Positions 11,979 through 24,500 of a stretch of DNA of 64,000 nucleotides are shown here, in pieces. This DNA comes from Rebecca billardiae RCC1528 (Eukaryota; Protista; Haptophyta). How positions within the stretch are numbered: the first letter of the stretch is position 1; each line of letters opens with the position of its first letter. Under the pieces are notes generated by a model, which was not told the origin of the DNA, did not search any database, and saw only the letters and a program-made list of their open reading frames with translations. The translations under genes were made by a program, and so were the position numbers. The stretch spans positions 2,046,001 through 2,110,000 of the forward strand of contig OZ251223.1 of assembly GCA_965240325.2 (NCBI GenBank). The letters are read 5' to 3'.

Positions 11979-14900
11979 TCAATAAGTCGACGCCGACGGC
12001 ACCCGAGGTGCTGTCAGTGTCGCACGCCCGGCTCCGGGCCGGGTGGTCGAGCCGCTTCCCCGCCAGCGCTCCTGCTCGCAGCTGAGGCTGATGTGCGTGT
12101 GCCCCGGTGAGACGCCGGCGTGCGCGAGCGCGACGACGGTGACGCAGCCGTCGCTCGTCCCAACGTAGACGCGGTTATCTGCCGAGGCGTCCATCACGTG
12201 CGCGCCGTCGATGTCCATGGCCACTATGCACGCGCGTGACGCCGCATCCCACAGCCGCACGCTGCCGTCCAGCGAGGCGGTGGCTATGGTGAGTCCGCCG
12301 TCGAGCGACGCCACGCCGCAGACGCCGTGCGCGTGCCCCGCCGTCAGCACCGCCACCAGCTCGAGCTGCGGGACCGACCACAGACACGCGCTCCCATCGT
12401 CGCTGCCGCTCACGAGCAGCAGCCGGCTGGGGGGCGGCGGGGCGGGCGTGGCCGGGGCCGAAGGTGTGGCCTCCGCAAGCGCTGGGGTGCGGGCAGACGA
12501 CGCGGCGGCTGCCGCCGTCGCGCTGCCTGGGCGCGCGGCAGCGTCTCGCGCGCGCGCGTCCGCGCCGCCGACTGGCTCCTCGTCCTCGGCAGCGGCAGGC
12601 GCGTCCGCTGCCTCGGCGCTGATGAGCTTTGCGTGGCGCACAGGCAGCGCGTGAGCCCGCACGGCGCTCACGCACGCGCCCTCGCTCAGCACCCACGACC
12701 GGATCTCGCCGTCGGCGCCGCAGCTCAGCAGCACGTCCTCGGCGCCCGCCTCGGCGCGCGCTGGCCAGCCGGCCCACGGCGGCTGCGCGTGAGCGCCAGC
12801 CTCGCGCGGTGCCACGCCCGGGGGCGCGAAGAGCAGGCTGAGCACTGGCCTGCGCGACGGGGAGCGGGGCGGCGGAGCCGAGCGGAGCGCGCGCAGTGCG
12901 CGCTCAGGTTCCGGTGAGGCGCCGAGCGCGCGCCGCGCGCCGCGCTCGGCCGCGCGCCTGGCCAAGGTCGGTGGCCGCTCCTGTGCGGCGCGCGACGCGC
13001 GGTGGTGCGCGCGCGTACCCGCGGTGTGCGCCGAGCGCGCGCGTGCGCTGCGCGGACGGGACGTGCCACAGCTCGATCCCGCCTGTCTCGTCACCACTGG
13101 CGAGCAACTCGCCGCCCGGCGCGCACTGCACGGCGGTCACGGGCGCGCGGTTGAATCCTGCGGCGCACCGCCCACCCACGGTCACGGAGGGCGCGCGCGC
13201 GGGCGCAGGGGCGCGCCTGGCCGTGAGGGCACGCGGTGTGGGGCGAGTCTGGGGCGCGAGTGTGCGCGAGGGACGACGCCGCGCCGAGCGCCGTGCACCC
13301 ACCTCGTAGCACGCTGCGGCACGCAAAGCCCCCGCGCGCGTCGGCGGCGGCCGCGCCGCGCGCGTTGAGCGGCGCTGCCCGCCGCCTCGGCGCCGGCACG
13401 GCCCACACACGCACACTCGCGTCCGCCGAGCCGCTGAACAGCAGGCGCTGGCCGCGCGAGCGGTCGGCGCACAGGCAGAGCACCTCGGCCGCGTGGCCGA
13501 GCAGCGTGCCCACCCGCTGCAGCTCAGCGGTGTCGAAGCAGTGGATGGCGCGCTCGCCCACCGCCGCGGTGGCAAGGAGCGAGTCGCTGAGCGCGAGCGC
13601 GAGCACACGCGCGCCCGGCCGGTGCGCGCGGAAGGAGGCCTGCACGGCGCCGAGCGGGGAGGGCTGCGGTGGCGCGGGCGGGCACGAGGGCGCCGCGTGC
13701 GCCGCCCACGGAGCCGAGCACGGAGGCGGAGCCGCGTACGCCGCGCCCGCCGGCGCGAGGCCGGCGGCGGCCGCGTGGCAAGTGGTGGCCGCGCCTGGCG
13801 ACCACGCCCAGGGCGCGGGCGGCGGCGGCGGCGGCGGCGCGTGCGCACCCGGCGCGTGCGGCGGCTCCGGCTGTAGCTGCAGCTGCACACAGCCCTCCAC
13901 CACGTGCACGCCCGCTCCCGGCGCGCTCGGCGCGAGCGGCGGCGCGCCGCCCCATTGCGGCTGGCTCGGCCCCGCGCCGCCGCCCGCGCTCTGCACCGCC
14001 AGCCGGGAGGCGAGGAGCGCGGCTGAGCTGCCAATGCGCGCCGCGAGGCTGCCGGCCGCACCGAGCGCGGGCTGGTGCGCGGGGTGCGCGAGGGCGCCGA
14101 GAGGCGGCGGCGGCGCGTGCATGCTCGCGCCGAGCGCCCACGGCGGCGCGCTGCACGCGCCGCCGTGCAGTACATGGGGCGTGGCACCGGTCCACGCGCA
14201 GCCAGGCGCGCCTGCGCCCGCGCTTGGCGGTCCGTGCACGCACCCGCCGCCGCTGGAGGCCGCGCGACCGTCCCAGCCCCAGGGCGGCGCGGGCGGGTGC
14301 AGCGATGGCGGCGCGGCTGCTGTGGGCAGCGCGTGCGCCGGCTGCTCCGCCGCCGGCCGCGCGTGCGCGCGCGCAGGCGCCGTCTGCGTCGTCTGCGAGC
14401 ACCGCTGCTGCGCGCGCTGCCCGCTCGGCACGGCGCGCGCGCTCGGCGTGAGGCCCGGCGCCGGCGCGCCCGCCGGCGCGGCGCGCCAACGGCCGTCGCT
14501 GCCGATGACCGCGCACGCGAAGGTGGGCGGGAGCGCGGGCTCCAGCTGAGCGCGCTGCGCGGTGGCGGCGGGCACCGCATGCTCCGCACACCGCGCGCCG
14601 TGCCGCCCGACGCCGCCCATGCGGTCCTCACACGCCGCGCGCTGGCCGGCAGGCGGGCGCGCGCACGCCGTGGCCTCTCCGCCCGGGGCGGCGGCGGCGG
14701 CGGCGCGCGGCGGCGGCGGCTGGTCCTTGGGCCCCGCCTGCGCGCGCGCGCGCGCGAGCACCTCGGCGTGCTTCGCGCGCCACGCGCCCAGCGCCCAGCC
14801 GAGCAGCCGCTCGGCCGCGCGGCCGAGCGCACCATCGAGCTTGGCCAGCGCCGCGCGCTGCAGCGCCTCCGCGAGCTCGCGCTCGTAAGCGCGCTGGTCG

Positions 14901-16042
14901 GCGGAGGTGAGGCGGTGGCGCGCGGCGAGCGCGGCGGCCTGCCACGCGCGCAGCGCCGCGCCGAGGTCTCGAAGCGCGAGCCGGTCGACCACCGCGCGCA
15001 GCCGGAGCACGCCCGCACGCCGCGCCTCGGACCGCAGCTCGGCCTGCTGCGAGCGGATCACCTCGCGCATCCGAGCGCCCGCGCGCGCCGACTCGAGCTC
15101 GGCGGCGGCGAGGCGCCACTCGTTGAGCGCGCGGGCCTGCGCGTGGCGCAGCTGCGCGGCGAGCACGCGCTGCACCACCACGAACGCCGTGCGCAGCTCG
15201 CCCTGCCGCAGCTCGCGCTGCTGCTCGGCGATCACCAGCCGCATGCTGCGCGCCGCCTCGCCATCCGCCGGCTGCTGGCCGGGCGCGTGGCCGGCGCCGT
15301 CCGTCTGCGCGGCACCGTCGACGGCGGCGGCGCGCGGGGGCCGCACGCCACGCTCGTGGGCGCCAGCTGCGCCGAGCGAGCGCTGCACGGACGTCTGCTC
15401 CCGCAGCGCGTGCAGCGCACCTTGCGCGCCGTGGGTGCCGCTGTGCCGTGCGTGCGCGCCCGGCGCGGCGGCTGCCGGCACCGCGGCGGCGCACCCGGGC
15501 TGCGCGCGGTACTGCGACTGATGGGAGGCCGGAGTGGGGGGCACGGGCGCGCGCGATCCCGAAGCGATGGCGCTCGTACCACCGCTTGCGCCACGAAAGT
15601 CCGCGGTGCGCCCGGCGCCCGGCTCTGCGCCGGCTGCTGAGGGCCGCGAGCCGATGAGCCGCTCGTCGGCGGGCGCGGCGCCGATCGGCGTGATCCACAG
15701 CAAGCCCGCCGGCGAGACCCGCGCGGTCATCGTGTCGAGATCGACGGCATCGCGTGGCAGACCGAGGTGCTGCGCAGCCGCCGCCACCGCCGATGCGCCG
15801 GCGCGCTGCGCAGGCGGCGAGGCGTACCCCGCGGCCGGCGGGTGCGATGACGGCGCGTCCGTGCGCAGGCTGCTGTCGAGCAGGCCGCGCTGCTCGGAGG
15901 AACGGCTGAGCTGGTCGCTGATGTACGAGCCGACTGCAGAGCTGATGAGGCTCCCACGCGCTTCGGCCACCGGCCCAGAGGACCCGCTCTCCGCGAAAAG
16001 GTGGTGTATAGGGGTGCAGCAGCGTGGCGAAGCCGCCTCCAT
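11979..16042 (-). CDS. WD40-repeat protein with coiled-coil and low-complexity N-terminus, spliced
   Basis: WD40 repeats: LLGHAAEVLCL...LFSGSADASVRVW, LASGDETGGIELW, LSCGADGEIRSW, VSGSDDGSACLW, ATASLDGSVRLWD. They are spread over three frames, which implies introns. Exact exon boundaries not resolved. Confidence 0.8.
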
Positions 16043-16282
16043 GGAATGGCCGCGCGTTTAAATCCGCCCTTGGCGGCCGTGGCCTGTTCATCGGAGCAGT
16101 CCTGCCGGTGCGGAGGCTGTGCCGTCGCGAGCGGCAGCCTGCACCCGGATCGGCAGCCGGGTGCGCACCGGATCCGACGACGAAAAGCAGAAGCGCCAAA
16201 AGGCGAAATAAAAGCCATGCATGCTGGCGCAAAAGCCGCAAACCAGCATGCAGGCTTAGCGAGGTGAGGCCGACCGCAAACC

Positions 16283-17053
16283 ATGGCGGACGCGAGCGCG
16301 CTGGCCGCGCTCACTTCCGTGCTGGGCATCATTGGGACGGTGTGCTTTGCCGTGCTGCTCATGCCGCAGGCGCGTCTGAACTACGTCCGCAAGTCCACGG
16401 AGGGGCTCAGTGCCGGGCTCGTCGTTCTGTGGCACGCGGCCGCCGTGCTCTACGCGGGCTTCCTGATCGCAGCGGGCGCGCCCGCCTGGCTCACCGCTGC
16501 CCTCGCGTCGTTCATGGCAATGTGCGCGCTCCTGGAGGCGCAGATCGTGGCATATAGGCAGACGCCGCTGCCCCTGCGCATCCACGCGCTTGTCTTCGGC
16601 TTGTGGACGGCCGCTGCCGCAGTCACCACTGCGCTCGTGTGTGCCGTGTGGCAGATTGTGCTCGTATCGTCAGTAGCCGCAGGGTTCGCCATCGGAACGA
16701 TCGCACCCGCGGCACTTTTCGGCGCGGCGTTCCTGCCCCAGATCTGGCTTTTCGTTGCCACGTGCTACGTCGAGGGCTACAGTTTCATTGTATCCGCCAT
16801 TGACGCGACCGGCTGTATCGCACTCACCAGTGTCCTGGTGGTGGATGGTGGCGCGAGCAGTCAGAGCTGGGTGGCTGCCGTGCCACTCGTTGTCATCGCG
16901 GGGATGCACGGTGTGATGGCGATCATTGCGGTGGCTGTGCTCTTCTGCCCCTGCGGACGGAGGAAGGAGGCTGCCGGTGCAGGCGGCCCTTTTGCAGCCC
17001 GGGCTACGCGTCATGCCGCCGCCGAACGCCCTGCCGTTCCAGCAACGGTCTGA
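16283..17053 (+). CDS. PQ-loop repeat membrane transporter
   Basis: About 7 hydrophobic segments and two PQ motifs (LLMPQARLNYVRKSTEGLS; FLPQIWLFVATCYVEGYS). Confidence 0.9.
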   Translation: MADASALAALTSVLGIIGTVCFAVLLMPQARLNYVRKSTEGLSAGLVVLWHAAAVLYAGFLIAAGAPAWLTAALASFMAMCALLEAQIVAYRQTPLPLRIHALVFGLWTAAAAVTTALVCAVWQIVLVSSVAAGFAIGTIAPAALFGAAFLPQIWLFVATCYVEGYSFIVSAIDATGCIALTSVLVVDGGASSQSWVAAVPLVVIAGMHGVMAIIAVAVLFCPCGRRKEAAGAGGPFAARATRHAAAERPAVPATV

Positions 17054-17232
17054 ATGATTCAAGTCGGGCCGACGGCAGCGAGATGGCACCGCCGCCGGCG
17101 GCGCCGCGCCGAAACCCCCGCTGGCCGGGCCGTGTGGCCGACCCGCCATTGACTGTCTGACACGCGTGCGGCGACTCGGACCGGCTGTGCGCGGCCGCCC
17201 CGCGTCACGGCCGCGTAGCCGGCGACAATGGT

Positions 17233-17525
17233 TTATGGCGCACGACCCCCCCCCCCCCCGAAAGGTCTGAGCGTGAGCGAAAGCCGGGGGGGGGGGGGGG
17301 GGGGGGGGGGGGCACGTGCTCCGCAAAATCAAAAAGAGGATGCGCGCAGGATTTTGGGGTTTTTTGTATAGGTGGATTTAATAGCCGGTGTGAACTAAGC
17401 GCATTATTATGGCGCACGGCCCCCCCCCGAAAGGTCTGAGCGTGAGCGAAAGCCGGGGGGGGGGCGGCGCACGTGCTCCGCAAAATCAAAAAGAGGATGC
17501 GCGCAGGATTTTGGGGATTTTTGTA
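17233..17525. repeat. Two direct copies of a polyC-core-polyG structured unit
   Basis: 17233-17368 and 17407-17525 share ttatggcgcacg-C(n)-gaaaggtctgagcgtgagcgaaagcc-G(n)-gcacgtgctccgcaaaatcaaaaagaggatgcgcgcaggattttgggg. Confidence 0.9.
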
Positions 17526-18229
17526 GCAGATGTGACCGGACCCCTAGTGCCACGCATTTCGCTGCCAATGATTGCGTTTGTAGTAGATGCTAATTTTAAC
17601 GATAGTAACACTTAGGGGAATGCAGGGTGGAATAGCACATAACACCAGCCGTGTGTTCGAACATTCCGTCATAGTAAGATGCTTGAATTGTAAGAGCCTG
17701 AAACAGCTCGCCAACCATAGAAAAGAGAGATTCGGTCGGCTTTTATGTCGCTTGAAGTAAAGCATTGCCGGCATCTGAAGTCATGAACCGTCGCTTCTCA
17801 GTGGCGGATATCATCAGGTTATTTATGGCGCGATGTTCTAGGGCACGCGATCCGCATCGTTTCGCACGAACCCTCGCGGGCGACGAGATATATCATTGAC
17901 GCGGGTAGCCCTTTAAGGCGTTCCCGTACCCGCGCGCGATTCATAACCGTACCTTTTCTGATTACTATAATTATCTCCCGTCGATTAATACTGCTCATCG
18001 CTACAAAAGGCGCTGCCACTGCCTTGGCCACTGGCCACTGGCAAACTCGACGCGGGCTCGCGAACAGGCGGGCACTGCACGCGATCGTTCAATCCGACAA
18101 GACTCAGCGCCGGTGCGCGCAGATCTGCGGCGGGTCCCAACGGCCGTCGGCATCGCATTCGTGCCTCGTTCACCCCGCGCGCCCCGCCCTGCCATGCCTC
18201 TTCGGCCCAGTGCGTTTTCCAACCGAGCA

Positions 18230-18859
18230 CGTCGTCACTCGGTCGCACGAACGCGGCCGTTGTCGACCGGCTCGTAGCTGACCATTCGCGCGCCCGCGCG
18301 CGCCACGCCGCACGCCGCGCAGCTGAGGCTCTCGGCATGTTCAGAAGTCGCTCGCCCAACCCTCACCGCTCACGCTCGCGCCGTCCATGACCATGGCCGA
18401 GCTGTGATGGCTGAGCCGCGTGCGGCGTGCTGACGGCTGCGCATGGCGGCGCGGCAAGCATTTGGCGCGCGAGCCGCGCGCTGACCGTGAGGAGGGGCTC
18501 TGGCGCTCACTCGACGGATGCCTGACCGTGCCTGACACGAGAGCCGTCGTCACTCGGTCGCACGAACGCGGCCGTTGTCGACCGGCTCGTAGCTGACCAT
18601 TCGCGCGCCCGCGCGCGCCACGCCGCACGCCGCGCAGCTGAGGCTCTCGGCATGTTCAGAAGTCGCTCGCCCAACCCTCACCGCTCACGCTCGCGCCGTC
18701 CATGACCATGGCCGAGCTGTGATGGCTGAGCCGCGTGCGGCGTGCTGACGGCTGCGCATGGCGGCGCGGCAAGCATTTGGCGCGCGAGCCGCGCGCTGAC
18801 CGTGAGGAGGGGCTCTGGCGCTCACTCGACGGATGCCTGACCGTGCCTGACACGAGAGC
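18230..18859. repeat. Near-perfect 315-bp tandem duplication
   Basis: The unit starting cgtcgtcactcggtcgcacgaacg occurs at ~18230 and ~18545. The ORF track shows identical peptides for both copies. Confidence 0.9.
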
Positions 18860-19799
18860 CACAGGCTTAGATCTGCGAGCGGCGAGCCCGCGATGATGGC
18901 GAGTTGGCATATGCTACGGGCGACGCCGTGCTCCCCTCTCGCCCGTGCTCGCAGTAGTCCTCGCGCTCCGGGCCGTCGGCCGACAGCACCCGCGGCGGCA
19001 CCGACGCGCACAGCCATGCAGCGGCCCTCGCACCGAGTGCATCGACGCGGCGGCGAGCCTGACAGACAAAGGCGTGCAAGGAGCGGCTACTGCGGCTGCG
19101 GGAGGTCGTAGATAGACAGGCTCGAGCCGCGGCTGCTCGCGACGCTCTTCCCCGCAGCGAGCTCGTCCGACGCTGCGCCGATCCCGCCGAGCGCGCGAGG
19201 CTGTGCGAGGCTGAGACGGGCGAGCTGCCGAGCGCGATCTCCGCGCTGCGCGCGGCCACAGACAACAGGGCTGCCCGATGCGCACCGGGCGGAGGCGCTG
19301 CGGCTGCTGCGCGTCGAGTTCGACAGGCGGCGCAGCCCCCCGAGGCCCGGGCCGTCGACCGCGTCGATTACTCGCGCCCGCGCCTCCTGCACGGCGACGC
19401 GCCGGGCGCGCGCATCGTCATTCGGTGAAGAACGCGACGACTATTGCATACCAGTAGGGCCGTGCGCCCTCAACTTCGTTGTTTACTACCCGAAGATCGG
19501 CGTAGCCGATCATTTATTGTAGAGGTCCAGACCTGATATCGCTGCCAATGATTGCGTTTCTAGTGGACGTTAATTTTAACGACAGTAATGACCGCGTTCC
19601 GCGGTCCTTTTCCGTAGAACGAACGTAGTTCGGGGCCCGCGGTGGCGGTGCACCCTCCGTCGCACCCTCCGTCGCGATCGAGAGTGGGCCCGCCCGGCCG
19701 CGAGCCCGGCAGCGAGTAGACTCCAGCGGCGCGCCGCCGCCCGCCGCGCGGCCGGGCGGGCCCATCGCAGCCGCCGGCGAGGCGCCGATTGTGTACAGT

Positions 19800-20722
19800 C
19801 GAAGTCATGGCCGACTCGGAGATCGTCGGCACGCGCTGCTGCTGCGAGATCGTCGGCGTCGGCACGCGCTGCTGCTGCGAGGGCTGCTCGCTCGCCAGCT
19901 GACCGAGGCACTCGAGCAAGCCAAGGTATGAGCACGCCTCGTCGCAGCCAGCCAGGGCCTCCATGATTTTGTACAGCACCTCGCACGCGTCCTGCTGCTG
20001 CTGCCCAAACGCCGTTGTCCACCGACAGACCTCCGCGATCGCGTCGTGGAGCGGCTCGAGCAAGCTACGCGTCGGCCCCACCTCGCTGGGCCACTCGCAG
20101 TTGACATGCGCGAGCGCCAGCGAGCGCATGCTCGGGACACGATGGGGTTGGTGGACTGCTCAGCCGCGGCAGATGTGGCGAGCGAGACGATGGAAGGGCA
20201 CGCGAGCAGCGCCGCCAGCAGCGAGCCGAGGTAGCACGTGACGCCTAGGTTGAGCGTGCCCAGCAGGCTGAGCGAGCCGGCCGGGCGCCCCCGCTGCGGC
20301 TGTGCTTTCTCTGCAGCGGGCATTTCCCCGTCGAGCGCGGCGAGTCAGAGTGCCCGCAAAGCGGCTGCCAGCTGTTGGGCCGGGTGAGGAGGAGGGAGGG
20401 AGCTGGCCTGCGGGGCGCGTGGTGAAGTCGGTGATCAGTCGCGTCGCGCTCCCCCTGCCGATTGCGCCCTCGTCCTCCAGCACGGTGCGGACCTTGCAAA
20501 CGAAGTTGTAGATCGACCAATGGACCATTTGGGCACGTTGTACTTCACCGCCGCAGAGGGCACGTCCTGCTTGTGCCTCACGACTGAGATGGCAGCAGCG
20601 ATGCTCTGGAGCGTGCTCTTAGCCACCTTCTTCACTGCCCCGGATTCGAGCAGCACGTTCAATACGCGGCGAGCGCGGTCCTCGTCGGCGTCGCCAGCTG
20701 ACGTGCTCGGCATCATGTCCAC
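19800..20722 (-). pseudogene. Frameshifted relic: pipsqueak-like HTH fused to ubiquitin-specific protease (C19) N-terminal half
   Basis: HTH-like IAAAISVVRHKQDVPSAAVKYNVPKWSI(YNFV); USP Cys-box-like GTLNLGVTCYLGSLLAALL; Gln/Asp box QQQDACEVL. The motifs lie in different frames. Confidence 0.55.
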
Positions 20723-20887
20723 GTGAGCGCAAAAAAGTGGCCTCGAGCCTGCTCAAGGCCTGCTCAAGTGACAAGTGCGCACAACTGGCTCGCCAGAGGG
20801 CAAAAGGCCAATAATAGCTACTCCCAATTCCCGAAGGCTGATGATGAATACGCACACGTGCGCCTGATGAATATCGATGATATTCTG

Positions 20888-21085
20888 CTCGACCCCGTAG
20901 CAGTCCATGAACCATATATACATTATAATGTATGAAAACGAAGCGGTGCAAATGATGTTCTCCAGTATAGTGGATACGACCCCGACGAAGCGATTTTATG
21001 CCTGCGTGAACCATACATATGAATACGAAGCGCGGTGCAAATGTTCTCCAGTAGTGAATACGACCCCGACGAAGCCAATATATAT
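20888..21085. repeat. Imperfect ~90-100 bp AT-rich tandem repeat (about 2 copies)
   Basis: gaaccata...acgaagcg(c)ggtgcaaatg...ttctccagta...atacgaccccgacgaagc occurs twice. Confidence 0.75.
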
Positions 21086-21141
21086 CGGTTGGTTACTTCG
21101 CTGATCCCGTAAGGACGTGCAAAAATAGCCTCAAAGAAGCT

Positions 21142-21546
21142 TGTCGGGCTATCCGGACTCGCCGGATACCCGTGTGGCACCGAGCGCGAGTAGCTGCTCG
21201 ACCGCTGCTTAAGCGCGAGGTGAGTAATCACTACAAGCTGGTGATTACACCTTTCGTCAAGGATACGTTCATTCCTTCCACTCCAATAGTCGCTCATTGA
21301 CTACTCCCGTATGCGATGCTTTACCCGCTTACCGGGGCGACGCAGATACATACGGAGATCGTGGCTTCCACAAGCCACGTTGCCGATGTAAAACCGTTTT
21401 GGAGGCTGCCTCGGTGTTTAGCCGAGCCAGCCAGCCAGGCAGAGGCTCGGGGCTATCCATCCTCTGGCTGCCCCCCAGTTGGCCAGGGCCCAATTGCCGT
21501 AGGCTGAAGCCACACGCCTTCGTTTCGAGAGCCCTAATGTCTCAGA
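21142..21546 (+). repeat. 5' LTR (TG...GA)
   Basis: Direct repeat of 27721-28125 with about 2 differences seen. Confidence 0.95.
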
Positions 21547-21560
21547 TGGTATCGGCGCGC
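21547..21560 (+). other. Primer binding site (tRNA-iMet-type)
   Basis: TGGTATCGGCGCGC lies directly after the 5' LTR and is complementary to a tRNA ending ...GAUACCA. Confidence 0.8.
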
Positions 21561-21575
21561 TCGAACGCCTACGGC

Positions 21576-24500
21576 ATGGCCACTGGAGGGCACCTGAAGG
21601 ATCCCAAGACGTCGAAGCCCCTCACTACTCACAGCGATTTGACTGCCGCGCGCGTGCGCACCGAGATCAACCATGCGATCTCATGCGTTGCATCAGACGC
21701 GCGCGCGCTCAAGGCCCTCCTCAAGCTCGAGGGGGCCTCGGTCGAGGTGATGATGTTCGAGGACCCCAAGAACCTACTCTCGCGTTCGCTCACCCAGGAG
21801 GAGTCCCTCGAGCGCATCGCCCAGCTCCAGGTGGAGCACGATTTGATGACGGAGTCCATTTTTGGCACGCCGGCGCGGACGCGCGCGCGGCGTGGCCTGG
21901 ACTTCGAGCCGGCGTCCGCCATCGGCACGCCCAAGATGTACGCCCCGGAACCGATCACTCCGCGCGCGTACTCCCCGCTCGTCGCCACCTCCGGCTCGGA
22001 CGACTCGGAGGAGGAGCATGACGATGACGCGTCCGCGCGTCCACCCGCACCGCGCGCCGCGCGGCTGAGCAGCGCCCCTTCCACCAGCCCCTCTGTCGCA
22101 GGCGGTGTGGAGGACGAGCTCCAGCAGCTCGAGTTGCGCGTCAAGGCGGTATCGATCCGCCTCAAGGCCCATCATCAGTTCGTCTACCTCAACATCTCGG
22201 CCATTCTCATGAAGACGCTCCTCACGGACTCGATGTCGAGCGGCTTGGCCGACGCGATCCACGCAAGTCTCCCGCACCGCCCGACGTTCGCGGACGTGCA
22301 CCACTACCTTGTCGTCAACTCTCGGCGTTCGCCGTTGACGACAGGGCGGCTCAAGCTGACCGAGCTCCTCTCGCTGAAGCCGCTCGCCCCTCACGCCAAC
22401 GTCGACAACTGGATCGCCACCTACGAGCAGACGCTCAGCGAGTTCAACCAGCTGGAGCTGGCGCCAAGCACTTTCAAGCTCATTCTCGCCCTCCATCTCA
22501 CGCAGCAGCGTTACCCGCAGCTCGTTGCGCTCACCGAGGCTGGCTCGATCGAGTCGGAGTCATTCGAGAAGTACGTGACCTCGATCAAGTCGGCGGCCGC
22601 CTCTGCGAACCTCGCCAGGCCGGCCGGCGCGGCGATGGCGGCGCGCGCGCCCGCGCGCGCGCCCCACCGCGGCAACGCGCCGCCGCAGCGCGGCGCGCCG
22701 CGCGCTCCTCACCGCGGCGGCGGCGATCGCCCCGGCGTTCCGGCGGGCCCGTGCCACATCTGCGGCGAGCATGGCCATTGGCGCGACCAGTGCCCGCAGG
22801 GCGAGCGCCCCGAGCGCCCTCGCCCCCGCCAGCGCTCGGGCAAGGCGATCCACAAGGAGCCGCGCACGGACGAGAAGGCCGTGACCTTCGACCTCAAGGC
22901 CAAGTCGACGCGCGGCGCGCCCAACTCGGCAAACGGCGCGCGCATGGCCATCGTCTCGGAGGAGGAGCCCGACTTCACCACGGCGGAGACCAGCCCGCCC
23001 GGCGTGTACTACGCCAACTCCGGCGCCAACCCGCTCTCCGAGGCGGACATCATCTGCTCGGAGATCACGCCGCGGCCGACCGCGCTGATGCCGGAGCCCT
23101 ACGTGGCCAAGGGCCCGCGCCCGGAGTACTACTGCCAGCGCGAGGGCTGCCACGGCGCCGGCAACTACATGTGCGGCGGGTGCAACGCGGCCGTGTACTG
23201 CTCCTTTGCCTGCCGCGACGCCGACCACTTCGGCAACCACGGCCTCGTGTGCGACTTCTTCCGCCTCAGCCGCGGCATCGCCATCGAGGACGGCAAGAGC
23301 ATTTTGCCGGGCGACGACCGCACAGAGTCCGAGATCCGCGCCGCGGTCAAGCTGCACGCGAAGTTCCTCGACGGCTCGCACCCGATGATCGAGACGATCG
23401 GCACCGTCGCGTCCGCGCACGAGCAGCTGGCCTTCGTGCACTCCGAGATGCACCGCACCGTCAAGGCGAACAAGAAGTCGTACCTCCTGCGCGCGCCCAT
23501 CCCGCCGCTTCATGTTCTCGTCCATTCGGCCGACGCCAAGGGCAAGGTCGCGACCGAGACGGCCGGCGGCGCGTCCAACCTGAAGGGCTCCGAGACGACC
23601 ATCAAGTCCTCGGAGTACGGCGGCACGCCGCCCGGCGCCGTGGCTTCAGCGGCAACCGCGCACGCCACGACGGCCTCACGCGCCGAGGCGAAGGGCCCGA
23701 GCTCGGACCTTGACCTCCACTTCTTCCTCGATTCGGGCGCCTCGGACGTCATGATCGGCGACTCGTCGCTCATGTTCAACCTGCGCTACTTCCCGGAGGA
23801 CAAGCCCCTCTCGGTCAAGGTGGCCGACGGCGAGTACATGTTCGCCATCGCCCGCGGCACCATCAAGGCCTACATGCTCGACGACCGCGGCAAGCCGTTC
23901 GACGCCAACCTTCACGATGTGCTCCTCGTACCGGCACTCAGCGATCCACTCCTGAGTGTGCACGCTCTCGCTCGCGCCGGCGTCCCCATCAGCTTTGTCG
24001 ACGACGTCGGCTGCATCCACTTCAACGAGGACTACAAGCTCACCGTCGATTTCCCGTACCGCGTGCCGTGGCACGCCCAGCCCCATCGGCTCAACCTCCT
24101 CGCCCTCTCGGTCTCTCGGCCTCCATCGTCCTCATCAACTTTGTGCTCACTTTCTGGGCCAGAAGCTTCTGCCATCTCACTTTCTGATTCCTCATCTCGC
24201 TCTGATGGCGGCACCAGACTGTCGCACTCCATCATCAAGGAGGCCAACCACCGCTCGGGGGGAGCCAATTCCCTCGCCGAGGAGGCGGCGACACGCTCCG
24301 GCGACGACGGCATCGGCGACGGCGACGCTCGCGCTGCTGCCTTAAACGGCCAGACCGACGCCGCGGACTCGCCGCCCGGCGCCCTCGACGACTCCAACCT
24401 CAACTCGGACGGCGCGCGGGCCGATTCCGACCGCGAGCGCGGCGCCGACTCGCGCGACGGCGGCAAGCTGACGGACGCGTGGCGCGACACCTGGCATCGC

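Noticed and set aside
17255-17290. Hammerhead ribozyme (CUGA...GAAA)
   Set aside because: The core reads CUGAGCG, lacking G8-A9, and no stem I/III with a UH cleavage site is evident.
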